Shown here piece by piece: positions 63,165 to 64,000 of a stretch of 64,000 nt of DNA. The stretch comes from Heteronotia binoei (taxonomy: Eukaryota), in contig NC_083226.1 in the NCBI RefSeq assembly GCF_032191835.1, positions 132,308,001 to 132,372,000 of the forward strand. Direction: 5' to 3'. A model generated the notes under the pieces. That model was not told where the DNA came from. It saw only the letters and a list, made by a program, of their open reading frames with translations, and made no database searches. Numbering within the stretch: the stretch's first letter is position 1; the number at the start of each line of letters is the position of its first letter. Position numbers and translations under genes: made by a program.

Positions 63165-63727
63165 GTAAGTGCCTCTGCAACATTCCTTATGAAATTTATT
63201 CTTGGTGTGGGATATTCTTTCCACCTTATAATGTCTTAGACTGATTAATTTGTCACTAAATTATGTTCATACATATTCATTATAATTTGAGTTGTTGTTT
63301 TAATGTACACAGTTATCAGTTTAAAAGAATTTTGCACTTGCCTTTTTTAGAAAGTTTGTTTTGTGCAGTGCAGTACAGTGCAGCAGAAGATGAATTCCTA
63401 TATGGATATTTCCTGTTTATCAAGAAAATATACTTTTAGACTTTGACTTTGAATTAGCTGCTATCAAGGAAATATGAAAGAATAACAAAATCGTGGAGCT
63501 GAAATTAACTAAGGAAGTCCATCACTCTGTTCTAAGGCCTGTGTTCATTATGCCAGATGAACACCATCCAGGCTACAAGAAGGCCTAAAATAAAATGTAC
63601 GAGGTGCACAATGACTTCCATTGACTGAGGGCCAGTGTGGTGCAGCAAACAGTGCTGGACTAGGACTGAGAGACTTCGTTCAAATTCCCACTCATCCCTG
63701 AAGCCTTCTTTACCTTGGGCCTTTTAA

Positions 63728-63815
63728 AGTGCAGTTCTAAGCAGAGTTACACATTTATAAGCACATTAATTTCAATGGATTTAGAAGGTATAATTATCTT
63801 CTGGATTACACTGTT
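63728..63815. repeat. Short palindromic MITE-like repeat inside a decayed SINE
   Basis: AGTGCAGTTCTAAG...TCTGGATTACACTG imperfect terminal inversion. Confidence 0.4.
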
Positions 63816-64000
63816 GGTCTTGCTTTCTGTTTTAGCCTTACCTACTACCACAAAGGGTTACTATGGGACTAAAATGAAATAAAAGACAGAATAAAAATGA
63901 CCTGGGGGAAATCTGAAAAATGATTCAGATGTCTGAATAAGCTGTTATTCTTTGCTGAAGATGGTGAAAACAGTTCAGGATGTGTATCCTTACTGATGCA

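Overview
Vertebrate genomic DNA, most likely a squamate reptile and probably a gecko (inferred from the repeat families). It covers the conserved block CCDC125(-) / AK6(-) / RAD17(+) / MARVELD2(+). AK6 (5 exons, 171 aa) and RAD17 (16 coding exons, about 676-688 aa; first exon less certain) can be reconstructed in full. CCDC125 and MARVELD2 are cut by the window edges. Introns hold many CR1, L2, L1, Penelope-like, SINE and hAT-MITE copies, often nested. The standout is a 5.5-kb intact Tf1/sushi-type Ty3/Gypsy chromovirus (20211-25727) inserted into an older L1 in a RAD17 intron. It has two 593-bp LTRs with no differences found by eye, a CACTG target-site duplication and open gag and pol. It also shows a Tf1-like self-priming site instead of a tRNA PBS, a candidate -1 frameshift pseudoknot, a PEG10-like Gag and a pol frame that runs 74 codons into the 3' LTR. 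A second theme is Penelope-type minimal hammerhead ribozyme motifs: two intact and three decayed, all antisense to their host genes. All comparisons to known proteins and repeat families are from recall, not database searches.
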